Shown here: positions 18,535 to 27,630 of the stretch, piece after piece
Position numbering within the stretch: position 1 is the first letter of the stretch
Layout: the number at the start of each line of letters is the position of its first letter
NCBI GenBank assembly: GCA_965248445.1
Contig: CBDFJG010000002.1
Span: 192,001 to 256,000 of the forward strand
Direction of reading: 5' to 3'
Length of the DNA stretch: 64,000 bases
Source: Planctomycetota bacterium
GTDB lineage: Bacteria; Planctomycetota; JAJSAM01; JAJVHW01
Position numbers and translations under genes: made by a program
The notes under the pieces: generated by a model
Databases searched by the model: none
What the model saw: only the letters and a program-made list of their open reading frames with translations
What the model was told of the DNA's origin: nothing

Positions 18535-19185
18535 GTGCCGCTCCTCACCGCCCGCTCCCTCCGCGTCGCAGCCGGAGGTCACGTCCTGATCGACGCTCTT
18601 GACCTCGACATCGCAGCGGGGAGTGGAGTCGCGATCACCGGACCGTCGGGCAGCGGCAAGACCACACTCCTCCGCGCGCTCGCCGCGCTGGACCAGCCGG
18701 ACGGAGGCGAGATCCGGCTGCGCGGTCGGACACCGGCGGAACTGGGATTCACGTCGTACAGGCGGGTCGTTCACTACGTGCCGGCCGCGCCCGTGTTCTC
18801 CGGCGAGACGGTCGACGACTCGCTGCGAAGGGTGTTCGCGTTCGCTTGCGCCGAGCGATCGTACGACCCGTCGCAGGCACGCTCACTCCTGGATCTGCTC
18901 CACTTGCCGGCGGACATCCTGGAGCGGCAGCCCACGGCTCTATCGACCGGCGAGCGGCAGCGTCTGGCCGTGGCACGAGCCGGTCTGATCACCCCACAGG
19001 TCCTGCTGCTCGACGAGCCGACGTCCGCGCTGGACGAGACGGCGCGTAGTGCGGTCGAGGGTCTGGTGCGCGAAGCCATGCGGCGCGGCGCAGGCGTGGT
19101 CTGCGTGACCCACGACGCGGCGCAGGCGGAGCGGCTGGGCCTGACCCGGGTGGCACCGACCGCTGCGGAGATGTCGCGTGCCTGA
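18535..19185 (+). CDS. fetA: ABC transporter ATP-binding protein (FetA/YbbL-like)
   Basis: GPSGSGKT, LSTGERQR, LLLDEPT, VTHD; overlaps fetB start. Confidence 0.75.
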   Translation: MPLLTARSLRVAAGGHVLIDALDLDIAAGSGVAITGPSGSGKTTLLRALAALDQPDGGEIRLRGRTPAELGFTSYRRVVHYVPAAPVFSGETVDDSLRRVFAFACAERSYDPSQARSLLDLLHLPADILERQPTALSTGERQRLAVARAGLITPQVLLLDEPTSALDETARSAVEGLVREAMRRGAGVVCVTHDAAQAERLGLTRVAPTAAEMSRA

Positions 19186-19981
19186 AGGCGCGATCTCACT
19201 CGGCCCGTGGCAACTCGCGATGGCGGCAGTGCTCGTGCTCGTCGCCGGTGGCGTGAGCATCGCGCTCAGACTCGGTATGGAGAAACGGCTGTTCGTCGCT
19301 GCGTCGCGAACGGTCGTGCAACTCCTGCTCGTCGGCTACGTGCTCCGCTTCGTGTTCGATCTGGACACCGCACCGGCAGTGCTGGGCGTGGCGTTGTTGA
19401 TGATCCTCGCAGCCGCCGTCAACGCCGTACGGCGTTCCTCGCGCACGTTCAAAGGTGCCACGTACGCGGCGTTCGGGACGCTCGTGCTCTCCGCGCTCGT
19501 CACCACCGTGACGGTCACGGCGTTCGTCGTGCGCGTAGAGCCCTGGTACGAACCGCAGTACCTGGTCCCGCTGCTCGGCATGGCGCTCGGGAACGCGCTC
19601 ACTGGCATCTCGCTGTGCCTCGACTCGCTGCTCGAGGCGTTCGACCGCGGGCGGCCGGGCATCGAGGCGGATCTCTCACTCGGCGCATCTGCCTGGGAAG
19701 CGGCGCGCGATCCTGTGAAGGAGGCTGTGCGCCGCGGCCTGATCCCGATCATCAACTCGATGTCGGTCGCCGGTATCGTCTCGCTGCCCGGGATGATGAC
19801 CGGGCAGATCCTCGCCGGCGCCGATCCGGTGGAGGCGGTGAAGTACCAGGTCGTCGTGATGTTCCTGATCTCGGCCGCCACCGCGCTCGGCTGCGTGCTG
19901 CTTGCAATGGCGATCGTGAGGCTCGCGTTCGACGCAGCCGGACGGCTCCGGCACGACCTCGTCGTGAGCCGCCGGAGCTGA
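19178..19981 (+). CDS. fetB: UPF0014 ABC permease FetB/YbbM
   Basis: RTVVQLLLVGY, PWYEPQYLVPLLGM, GIVSLPGMMTGQILAGADP. Confidence 0.88.
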   Translation: MPEGAISLGPWQLAMAAVLVLVAGGVSIALRLGMEKRLFVAASRTVVQLLLVGYVLRFVFDLDTAPAVLGVALLMILAAAVNAVRRSSRTFKGATYAAFGTLVLSALVTTVTVTAFVVRVEPWYEPQYLVPLLGMALGNALTGISLCLDSLLEAFDRGRPGIEADLSLGASAWEAARDPVKEAVRRGLIPIINSMSVAGIVSLPGMMTGQILAGADPVEAVKYQVVVMFLISAATALGCVLLAMAIVRLAFDAAGRLRHDLVVSRRS

Positions 19982-21334
19982 CTACTCGCGCAATTCCGCC
20001 CGGCAGCGCTCGAACACCTCGAGATACGTCTCGACGGCGTTGCCCCACTTGGGGAGATCCCGCTCGCCGGCCATGAGTGCCGCGGCGCCGGCGCCCTTCG
20101 CGACCTTGTCGGGGTGCAGGACGAAGTTGCCGGGCGATACGGTGAACGTCTTCACGACCTCCAGCCCGCGCGTGTACAGCTTCTCGTGCTGCTTGCACGT
20201 CAGTCCGGGATACAGCGGACACGCGCCGCCCTCGCCCGTCGCGTGCGGCTCGTCCATGGCGTCGCCCGGATCGTGCCCCATCACGACAACCATGTTCGCG
20301 TTGCAGTACGCCACGAACCGAGGGTCGGTGTAGCACTGGGCGCGGGTGCGGTCGCACTGCCCGCACGTGTCGAACAGCAGCGACAGGAATATAGGGACGC
20401 GGCGGCGCTTGGCCTCGGCCACCGCGGCCTCGAAGTCCGTCGCGAGCTTCAGTTGCGCCGTGTCGGAACTGGTCCGCGACGCGCGCTCGGGTGAGGGGTC
20501 CGTCATCACGCAGCGCAGGCCCACACTGCGTTCGGCCACGCCCATCGGCTGTACGCACATGTCGAGCACGCGCAGGTTCAGCGGATGCGGAGAGACCCAC
20601 GAGCCGCCCTTGATCATCACGGGCATCGGCTCACCGGTCCGTGTCCGCCGGCCGGGCATCGCGACGCGCTCGTAGACGTTGCCCGCCATGTCGTGGCAGC
20701 CGTACGGAGAGACGCCGGCCGGATGGGACCCGACGGCTTCGGGTCCCCGCGGAGCAGGAGAGCCGAAGTTGGCGCGGGTCAGATCGGGCAATTCGTCACC
20801 CCACGGATAGACGCGACCCTCTGGGCCGCTCGCCGCTTTCTCCCACTGCACGCGGGACGGCAAGGCTCCTCCGGCCCACTTCGCGAACGCGACCGCACCA
20901 GCGCCGGTGGCCGCGGTGACAGGGAAGCGCGCGTGGCCCGGCGTCGCGCGCCACGTGTTCTCGTGGCGTTCGAGTCCCGGCACAGTGGCGTCGATGAGTC
21001 CCGCCGCGTCGTCGCGCGCGTTCAGGAATCGCGCGAAGCGCGCGTTGGTGACCTCGTACTTGTCGATGAAGAACGACTCCACCTCGATCGGCTCCGCGTC
21101 CGCCGTGGTCCCCATGCCCTCGTACGGCCGCTGCTGATACTCGCCGCGCGGGACGCGCACGACCACGGCTCCATCCTTGACGCGGTACCACTCCTCGGCG
21201 CCTTGCTCGTTGACGCGCAGGAACAGCGGGGCCTTGACGCTATCCGGCGGATCGGGCGCGCGCTCGGCCTCCTGGGCCACGGCGGGAACGGCGGAGAGTG
21301 TGAGGACAAGGACGGCGATGGTGAAGCGCTGCAT
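19982..21334 (-). CDS. Secreted FGE-sulfatase (SUMF1-like) domain protein fused to Cys-rich thioredoxin-like domain
   Basis: FFIDKYEVTN, LPSRVQWEKAA, YPWG, SPYGCHDMAGNVYE; C-terminal DTCGQC and CPLYPGLTC. Confidence 0.8.
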   Translation of the reverse strand: MQRFTIAVLVLTLSAVPAVAQEAERAPDPPDSVKAPLFLRVNEQGAEEWYRVKDGAVVVRVPRGEYQQRPYEGMGTTADAEPIEVESFFIDKYEVTNARFARFLNARDDAAGLIDATVPGLERHENTWRATPGHARFPVTAATGAGAVAFAKWAGGALPSRVQWEKAASGPEGRVYPWGDELPDLTRANFGSPAPRGPEAVGSHPAGVSPYGCHDMAGNVYERVAMPGRRTRTGEPMPVMIKGGSWVSPHPLNLRVLDMCVQPMGVAERSVGLRCVMTDPSPERASRTSSDTAQLKLATDFEAAVAEAKRRRVPIFLSLLFDTCGQCDRTRAQCYTDPRFVAYCNANMVVVMGHDPGDAMDEPHATGEGGACPLYPGLTCKQHEKLYTRGLEVVKTFTVSPGNFVLHPDKVAKGAGAAALMAGERDLPKWGNAVETYLEVFERCRAELRE

Positions 21335-21357
21335 GCGGCGAGCTTACGGCCTGCCGG

Positions 21358-22641
21358 TCACTCGTCCGCGAGTTGGATCTCGATCCCCGTGAAGTCGACG
21401 CGGCAGTCGTCGAATGCGAGGCCGAGCGCTCCGGCGGGGATGCTGAGGTCCTCGATCGTCTCACCCCCGATCCAGATCTTCATTCCGCCGGGCCCCGTTG
21501 TTGGGATCTGGGGCCGCTCGGCGACGACGCGGATCGGGCTCGGCCCCACCGCCGTGCCGGAGCGGAGCGTGATCCACTTCCCGTCCTTCATCCGGTCGAT
21601 ACGCCAGGTCTCCGAACGTCCGTCGCGACCGATCACGAGCAGGACGGTGTAGTCACGCGGTGCCACATGAGAGAGCAGCAGACCGGCCTTGAACCGGCCC
21701 TTCGGCGCGGGCCTGAGAAGAGCTGCGATACGGCGCGCGGGGCTGCGCGTGCGGCAGGTACTGACCACTCGGGCGTGCCCGCGAACGTGGTGCGCCCCGC
21801 GGGCGTCCCACTCCACGAAGACCGGGGTCAGCGGCTCCTGCACGGTCGCCAGCCACTCGCGGAACGCGGGCAGGAGCTTCTTCTCCTTGCCGAACAGCTT
21901 GAAGAAGCCCTTCGCGTCGATCCGGCTGCCGCGGTCGAGCTTCCTCGAGAGCGTGTCGAACTTCTTGCGCAGCTTGCCCTCGTTCGCGGTCATCAGGTAG
22001 CGGACCAGAAACATCGCCGGAGGTCGCGACGCGGAGTCGGCGTCGATGAGCCCGGCGAGCGAGAACGACTCCGCGCCGACCTCCTCGAGTGCCTTGCCTG
22101 CCCGGTCCTCGAGTGACAACAACGGCGTCACTCCGGTGCGCAGTGTCTCGCCGTCCCAGGTGTGGCTGCCGAGGTGCTCCGCCACGCCTTCGATGTACCA
22201 CGAGCCGTGCGGCTTCTCGTGGCGAGTGCGGGCGAAGTAGTGGAACTGGTGGGCGGCCTCGTGCAGCAGCAGGTTGCGCGTGTACCAGGCGGAGGGCTGC
22301 CGCTTCAGGTACGCGGTCTTCGCGACCGGGCAGTAGTAGCCGCCAGACGACGGAGCCGCGCCGCCTCCGGACTGGATCGCGTCGCGGAACGCGGGATCGT
22401 CCTCGAAGACGGCGACACGCAGCCGCTCGCCGTCGTCGAGCTCCGGCGTCGCGCCGAAGAACTCCCCGTACTGCGGCCACGCCGCCTCGAGCACACGGCC
22501 CCACTCGCGTGCCTCCGCCGCGTCCCCCGAAGTGCTGAGTGAGTAGTGCTCCGTCTCCTCGACCGAGCGCCCGGCCTCCTGGCCTCCGCAGGGCGCTGCC
22601 AGGGAGAGGAGCAGAGCAAGCGAGCCGGGGAGGCGGGTCAC
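21358..22641 (-). CDS. Secreted HEXXH (gluzincin/DUF1570-like) metallopeptidase-like protein
   Basis: GTG 22641, signal peptide, GGYY, LLHEAAHQF, WYIEGVAE. Confidence 0.7.
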   Translation of the reverse strand: MTRLPGSLALLLSLAAPCGGQEAGRSVEETEHYSLSTSGDAAEAREWGRVLEAAWPQYGEFFGATPELDDGERLRVAVFEDDPAFRDAIQSGGGAAPSSGGYYCPVAKTAYLKRQPSAWYTRNLLLHEAAHQFHYFARTRHEKPHGSWYIEGVAEHLGSHTWDGETLRTGVTPLLSLEDRAGKALEEVGAESFSLAGLIDADSASRPPAMFLVRYLMTANEGKLRKKFDTLSRKLDRGSRIDAKGFFKLFGKEKKLLPAFREWLATVQEPLTPVFVEWDARGAHHVRGHARVVSTCRTRSPARRIAALLRPAPKGRFKAGLLLSHVAPRDYTVLLVIGRDGRSETWRIDRMKDGKWITLRSGTAVGPSPIRVVAERPQIPTTGPGGMKIWIGGETIEDLSIPAGALGLAFDDCRVDFTGIEIQLADE

Positions 22642-22732
22642 GCTCAGAGGGTACCGCCGGTCAGGCTCAAGCAGACGCCCCCCCGGTCCCGATGGATTCA
22701 ACAGGACTGGCTGCACCAGGAGAGAGAGACCC

Positions 22733-23464
22733 ATGTACGCATCCGATCCGGAGGGACGGACGCCGACTCGCGAAGAGCGCGGCTTCACGATCATCGAGCT
22801 GATGATCGTGGTCACGGTGATCGCGATCCTGGCAGCGATTGCGATCCCGAACGCGCTGGCGGCGCGTCTCCGCGCGAACGAGACCAGCGCCATCTCGTCG
22901 ATTCGCACCGTGTGGACCGGGCAGATCCAGTTCCAGAAGACCGCACGCGCGGATCTCGACGATGACGGGCAGGGCGAGTACGGGTTCTTCCGCGAGCTGT
23001 CCGCCAGGTACGGCGTACGCACCGCGGGCGACGGCACCGCCGTCGGCGGGTTGCTGCGTCCGGCGATCATCTCTGCCGGCCTGGGCAAGGTGAACCCCGC
23101 CGGAGGCGCTTCACGCAGCGGCTACTTCTTCCAGATCCTGCTCCCCGACGCGGCGGGTCAAGAGGTGCTCGAGCGGCCCATCGGAGCGTTCTCGGGGAAC
23201 GTCGACACGGACCTCGCGGAGGTGTTCTTCGCGATCGTCGCGTGGCCGACGAACTACGGGAACACGGGCAACCGAACGTTCTTCGTGAACCAGGGCGGAG
23301 ACATCACCTTCGCCGACGACGCGAGCTACTCCGGCGCGAACATGTACGTGAGCGGCGCAGCGGGAATGGCGCTGCTTTTCGGCGGCGACATCAACTCGAT
23401 GACCGGCGTGATCGCATCAGGCACGCTCGGGCGCGACGGGAACATCTGGAAGAACGTCCAGTAG
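22733..23464 (+). CDS. Type IV pilin-like protein (prepilin N-terminus, DUF2950-like body)
   Basis: EERG|FTIIELMIVV...IAIPN, ANETSAI, GNRTFFVNQ.G. Confidence 0.85.
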   Translation: MYASDPEGRTPTREERGFTIIELMIVVTVIAILAAIAIPNALAARLRANETSAISSIRTVWTGQIQFQKTARADLDDDGQGEYGFFRELSARYGVRTAGDGTAVGGLLRPAIISAGLGKVNPAGGASRSGYFFQILLPDAAGQEVLERPIGAFSGNVDTDLAEVFFAIVAWPTNYGNTGNRTFFVNQGGDITFADDASYSGANMYVSGAAGMALLFGGDINSMTGVIASGTLGRDGNIWKNVQ

Positions 23465-23483
23465 CCTCGTCGGGTAGCCCGCG

Positions 23484-24260
23484 TCACGCCCGCGCTGCCA
23501 CCTGCGCTGCTTCCAGCGTCGGGCATCCGGCGAACAACTCGCCAACGTTGCGCCAGACGAGCGCGCGGAGCGCTTTCGCGCGCATCCCGCGCACCCGCGC
23601 CAACTCGGCCACAACGTCCGCGACCTGACCCGGCGCGCCGGGAGTGCCACGCAGCCACTTCCACCCATTCGGGGCGTCGGTCTCCGTGAGTAACCGCTCC
23701 TCCGGGATCTGGCGCGCCACCTCGCGGATCGCATCGCTCGTCAGCACCTCGACTCCGACCGTGAACCAGCAGCCGAGATCGACGACGCGGCGGAAGTCCC
23801 TCACGGGCCCGCTGTACCAGTGCACGACCGCGCGCTGCACACAGTGGCTGTCGACGGCATCGGCAATCTCACTCTCGGCGGCCTTGGTGTGCAGATTGAC
23901 GGGTATGTCCCGCCGGGCCGCGACCTCGAGGAGAGCATCGAGGACGCGCCGCTGCGCGGCATCGGTCGCGCGGTCGCGGACGAAGTGACGATCCAGACCG
24001 ACCTCGCCGATCTGCGGAGCGCGCTCCGCCTGCTCCACGACCTCGTCCAGGCGCCCGACCCAATCCGCCGCCCGCGCCGGGTGCACCCCGAACGCGGGCA
24101 ACACCAGCGGTTCCCCGGCGGCGAGTTCGACTGTGCGCCGGTACGAGTCCGGATCCAGCGACACGGCGATCGTGAGAATTCGCCGCTCGCGGATCTCGGC
24201 GAGCGCGGCCGAAACGCCGGCACCGTGAAGGTCGAGGTGGTGGTGAGCGTCCACGAACAC
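23484..24260 (-). CDS. TatD-family metal-dependent hydrolase
   Basis: DAHHHLD, FGVHP, IGEVGLD, NLHT, VHWYSG, LTETDAP; GTG 24260. Confidence 0.9.
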   Translation of the reverse strand: MFVDAHHHLDLHGAGVSAALAEIRERRILTIAVSLDPDSYRRTVELAAGEPLVLPAFGVHPARAADWVGRLDEVVEQAERAPQIGEVGLDRHFVRDRATDAAQRRVLDALLEVAARRDIPVNLHTKAAESEIADAVDSHCVQRAVVHWYSGPVRDFRRVVDLGCWFTVGVEVLTSDAIREVARQIPEERLLTETDAPNGWKWLRGTPGAPGQVADVVAELARVRGMRAKALRALVWRNVGELFAGCPTLEAAQVAARA

Positions 24261-24384
24261 AGGCACAGTCTCCAGCCTGGGCGGCCCCCACCGACACACG
24301 AATCGAAAGAACGGGTAAGGCTCTGCCGGCGGAGTACCGAGGGGTAACCGCAGGAGTTGCTGCTCTCGCTGCGCTGGGGACCCC

Positions 24385-24828
24385 ATGCGCAAACGACATA
24401 AGGAGCGTGGAATGACGCTCGTCGAGCTCGCGGCCTCGGGGGTGGCCGTGGCCGTCTCGCTGATCGGCGCTTCATCCGCCGTCATCTCGAGCGTCCAGCT
24501 CAATCAGAACACGAATCGCGTCCGCGATTCGGGCCGCGCAGTCGAGTCACTGATCGAAGAGGTCCGGAACTCCGACTTCGACGACCTCGTCACGAACTTC
24601 GACACGTCGATCCACCACGTCGTCGGTGGCGATGCACACATCGGTGTCACCGACGTGACGTCGAACACCGTGACGCAGTGGAAGGTCTTCCGTGTTCAGA
24701 TCGACGTCGTTCCTCACGAGACCGTCGCCGACGGGAGCATGACGTTCGTGTCGTTCATCACCGACCGCGACGAAGGCAGCTCGCTGAGCGCAACGCCGAC
24801 GACGCCCTCCACCCCCCCGGGGAACTGA
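24385..24828 (+). CDS. Minor pilin/pseudopilin (PilV-like)
   Basis: KERG|MTLVEL class III signal; AGGAG upstream. Confidence 0.75.
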   Translation: MRKRHKERGMTLVELAASGVAVAVSLIGASSAVISSVQLNQNTNRVRDSGRAVESLIEEVRNSDFDDLVTNFDTSIHHVVGGDAHIGVTDVTSNTVTQWKVFRVQIDVVPHETVADGSMTFVSFITDRDEGSSLSATPTTPSTPPGN

Positions 24829-24830
24829 CC

Positions 24831-25946
24831 GTGATCACGACGCGACACCACCAGAGAAGTGAACGTGGCCGCGGGATGATCGCCGTCGCCATATTGGTCC
24901 TGATCTGCGGCGCGCTGGCGGCCGGCGTCCTGCTCCCCAGCATGGCGCGGCACAGGGAGGCGCAGGCGCATCTCCAGAGCGTTCGCGCGTTCCACCTCTC
25001 GGAGTCGGGCATCGACTGGGCTCTCAGCCAGTTGCGCCAGTCGGGCGGGATCATCCCCGCCGGCGGTACCGAGACGATGAGTCCGCAGGGTCAGGGCTCG
25101 TTCACGATCACGTACACCGCCGGCAACGCCAACGGCATCAACGACGACGGCGACGCGTTCACCGATGAGGCCGACGAAGCGGACTACGTGACGGTGCGAA
25201 GCGTCGGCACGTCGGGCGGCCAGACCCGGGCGATCGAGACGCTGCTTCGCGCCTCAGTGGTCACGCCGACCTACCAGGCCTCGGTGCTCATCAACGTCGA
25301 CGCGCCGGTGTTCGACTCGAACAGCAACGCGCTCATCGTGGACGGGCGCGAGCACGACGTCAACGGGGTTGTCGATCTGACGGCGCCCATGCTCCCGGCA
25401 ATCGCGTCGGCCGCGCCGGCCGCGGATCTGGTGGCACAGATCAACCGTCCGCTGAACTTCATCGGAGCGGGCGGCACGCCGTCCGTCGCGCAGGTCGCCC
25501 CGATGGATCTCGACGCACTCGTCGCACAGACGACCTCCGCGGCGACGATCGTCGTCGCGCACGGGACACACTCGAACGTGTCTTGGGGCACTCCCACCAC
25601 CGCCGGCGTCGAGATCGTGTACTGCGATGGCGACCTGCACCTCTCCGGGAACGGCAGCGGCGCCGGCTACCTCGTCGTCGACGGCGACCTGGTCATCACC
25701 GGTGGGTTCACCTGGACGGGCGTGGTGCTCGTGCGAGGCGCCGCCCGGATGTCCGGCGGCGGTTCGACCAAGCGTATCATCGGGGCGATGGTCGTCGGCG
25801 AGGAGGTCGAGGCCGTCGAGAGCACGACCAACGTGACCCTGCAGGGCACGGTCGACATGCTCTATTCGACAACGGCAACCGATCTTGCCAACGCGCGGAT
25901 AGCCGTCATGAGCGTGCTCGGCTGGTACGAGGTCCCGGCCCCCTGA
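24831..25946 (+). CDS. PilX-like minor pilin with large C-terminal beta domain
   Basis: ERGRG|MIAVAIL (no E5), AFHLSESGIDWA, VRSVG...RAIE; NGINDDGDAFTDE acidic loop. Confidence 0.75.
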   Translation: MITTRHHQRSERGRGMIAVAILVLICGALAAGVLLPSMARHREAQAHLQSVRAFHLSESGIDWALSQLRQSGGIIPAGGTETMSPQGQGSFTITYTAGNANGINDDGDAFTDEADEADYVTVRSVGTSGGQTRAIETLLRASVVTPTYQASVLINVDAPVFDSNSNALIVDGREHDVNGVVDLTAPMLPAIASAAPAADLVAQINRPLNFIGAGGTPSVAQVAPMDLDALVAQTTSAATIVVAHGTHSNVSWGTPTTAGVEIVYCDGDLHLSGNGSGAGYLVVDGDLVITGGFTWTGVVLVRGAARMSGGGSTKRIIGAMVVGEEVEAVESTTNVTLQGTVDMLYSTTATDLANARIAVMSVLGWYEVPAP

Positions 25947-26076
25947 TCGACCGTGACCGGAGAGGCTCCGAGCAGCCCATTCTCGGGCGCTAAACCGGCG
26001 GGCCTCAGATTCCGATCCGAAGCTGGAGGCGTCCCTCGCGCGCGCGAGGCGCTAGAGCTGCACGGAGGCCGTAGAC

Positions 26077-26616
26077 ATGCGGGCGCGGAGCCGCAGAGAG
26101 GGTGGGTTCACCCTCCTCGAGATCGTCGGGGCGAGCGCGATCACCATCGTGCTTGTCGGCAGCGCGATTCGACTCCTGCTCACGACCGAGGACCTGGCCT
26201 TCACCGCCACGCAACAGCGCAGCGCCTCGCAACGGGTGGAGCGCGTCCTGACGCGCATCGGCGCCGAACTCCGGCGCAGCTCACTCGGAAGCGCGCAGCA
26301 TGCCGACGCGAGTACGTTCGCCGACGGCGACACGGGCAACGCGCTGTCGATTCAGCCGGTCAGCGGCTGGGAAGGCGCCGCTGTCCTCGGAGACAGAATC
26401 GAGTACCGCCTGGACGTCCCCGCCGGTGAGACCGAGGGCGACCTGATCCGCGACGACGGGATCATCGAGACGCTCGTTGCGCGGCGCATCTCCGGCTTCG
26501 ATGTCGAACGCGACGGTCCGGTGTTCACGATCACGATCAGCGCGCGCTCCGGTCCTGCCGACGACCGCGAGCGCGAGTCCACCGGATCCCTGTCGGTTCT
26601 GACGAGGAACCGGTGA
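26077..26616 (+). CDS. Minor pilin/pseudopilin (PilW-like)
   Basis: REGG|FTLLEIV; GGAGG RBS. Confidence 0.75.
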   Translation: MRARSRREGGFTLLEIVGASAITIVLVGSAIRLLLTTEDLAFTATQQRSASQRVERVLTRIGAELRRSSLGSAQHADASTFADGDTGNALSIQPVSGWEGAAVLGDRIEYRLDVPAGETEGDLIRDDGIIETLVARRISGFDVERDGPVFTITISARSGPADDRERESTGSLSVLTRNR

Positions 26617-27626
26617 TGCGCCACACACTGCTATCGATCGTGCTGCTCGTCGCCTGCGTCGCGTCGTCCGCGGAGGCAGCTGACCGCCTGCACCTGCGCA
26701 ACGGCCGCTCCCTCGTCGGAGAGATCACCGAGCAGGACGACGATCTGATCCACATCAAGACCAAGTTCGGGATCATGCGCGTCGCCACCAAGGACGTCGC
26801 CCGAATCGAGAACGACGTCGACGTTGAGATCGAAGAGACCGCATCGACCGACACGCCGGCGCCCCCGGAGAACACCGTCGAGAAGAGCGAACAGCCGGAG
26901 ACCACCGACGCCGCGGAAAGCGTGCCCGAGAAGAAGCCGGAGACCGTCACCAGAGCTCCCGTCTCGCGGAAACGTGCCCGCGCCGCCGTCGAGACGGCCG
27001 CGAGGCACAGTCCGGTAGTCGCCAAGCTGTTGGGACTCGTGCGCCGCCTCGAGTCGGCTGATCCGCTCGCTCGCGAGGAGGCGGCGGTGGACATCATCAC
27101 GGAGTGGCCGGCCACGAGCACAACGCTGGCGCTGGTGTTCGAGATCGGTTCCGAGGTCGCCCGTGTTGACGCTGCACGTCTGCTGCGTCATGCCCGCCTC
27201 GGCGACACCACCGAGCAGGTCCGGACGCTCTTCGCCGACCCGAGCGCCGACGTCCGGATGCAGGCTCTGCGCGTCGCCCACGCCCGCGGCATGGTGGATC
27301 TCGAGCGAGACGTGCTGGCCATCGTCGCGGGAAACTCCCCCTGGCCGATCCGTCAGGATGCGGCGCGCGCGCTCGAGCGCATCGGCGGCAAGGACTCGTT
27401 CCACACCGTCGTGGACGTGTGGGTCTCGGAGAGCGATCCCGATCGCAAGAGCCGGATACGTCGTGTGCTCGTCGCGATCGCAGGCGAGGACCTCGGCAAC
27501 GACGGCGCCGCATGGGCGAAGGCGGTGGACGAGGCGTTCCTCGGCGAGCGCGAGCTGCGCGATCCCCGCGGCGATGCTGCGCGCCGTAGCGCACGCAAGG
27601 TCGCCGGCGCGTCGAGCGACGGCTAG
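26613..27626 (+). CDS. Secreted HEAT-repeat protein
   Basis: Signal peptide, DRLHLRNGRSLVG small beta domain, acidic linker, HEAT units (DPSADVRMQAL, WPIRQDAARAL). Confidence 0.7.
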   Translation: MMRHTLLSIVLLVACVASSAEAADRLHLRNGRSLVGEITEQDDDLIHIKTKFGIMRVATKDVARIENDVDVEIEETASTDTPAPPENTVEKSEQPETTDAAESVPEKKPETVTRAPVSRKRARAAVETAARHSPVVAKLLGLVRRLESADPLAREEAAVDIITEWPATSTTLALVFEIGSEVARVDAARLLRHARLGDTTEQVRTLFADPSADVRMQALRVAHARGMVDLERDVLAIVAGNSPWPIRQDAARALERIGGKDSFHTVVDVWVSESDPDRKSRIRRVLVAIAGEDLGNDGAAWAKAVDEAFLGERELRDPRGDAARRSARKVAGASSDG

Positions 27627-27630
27627 CGGG

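Noticed and set aside
24285..24352. Possible c-di-GMP-I riboswitch before the pilin gene (CGAAAG...GGGGTAACCG)
   Set aside because: Lacks the GCAAA elements and pairing I would expect; only an Infernal scan could rescue it
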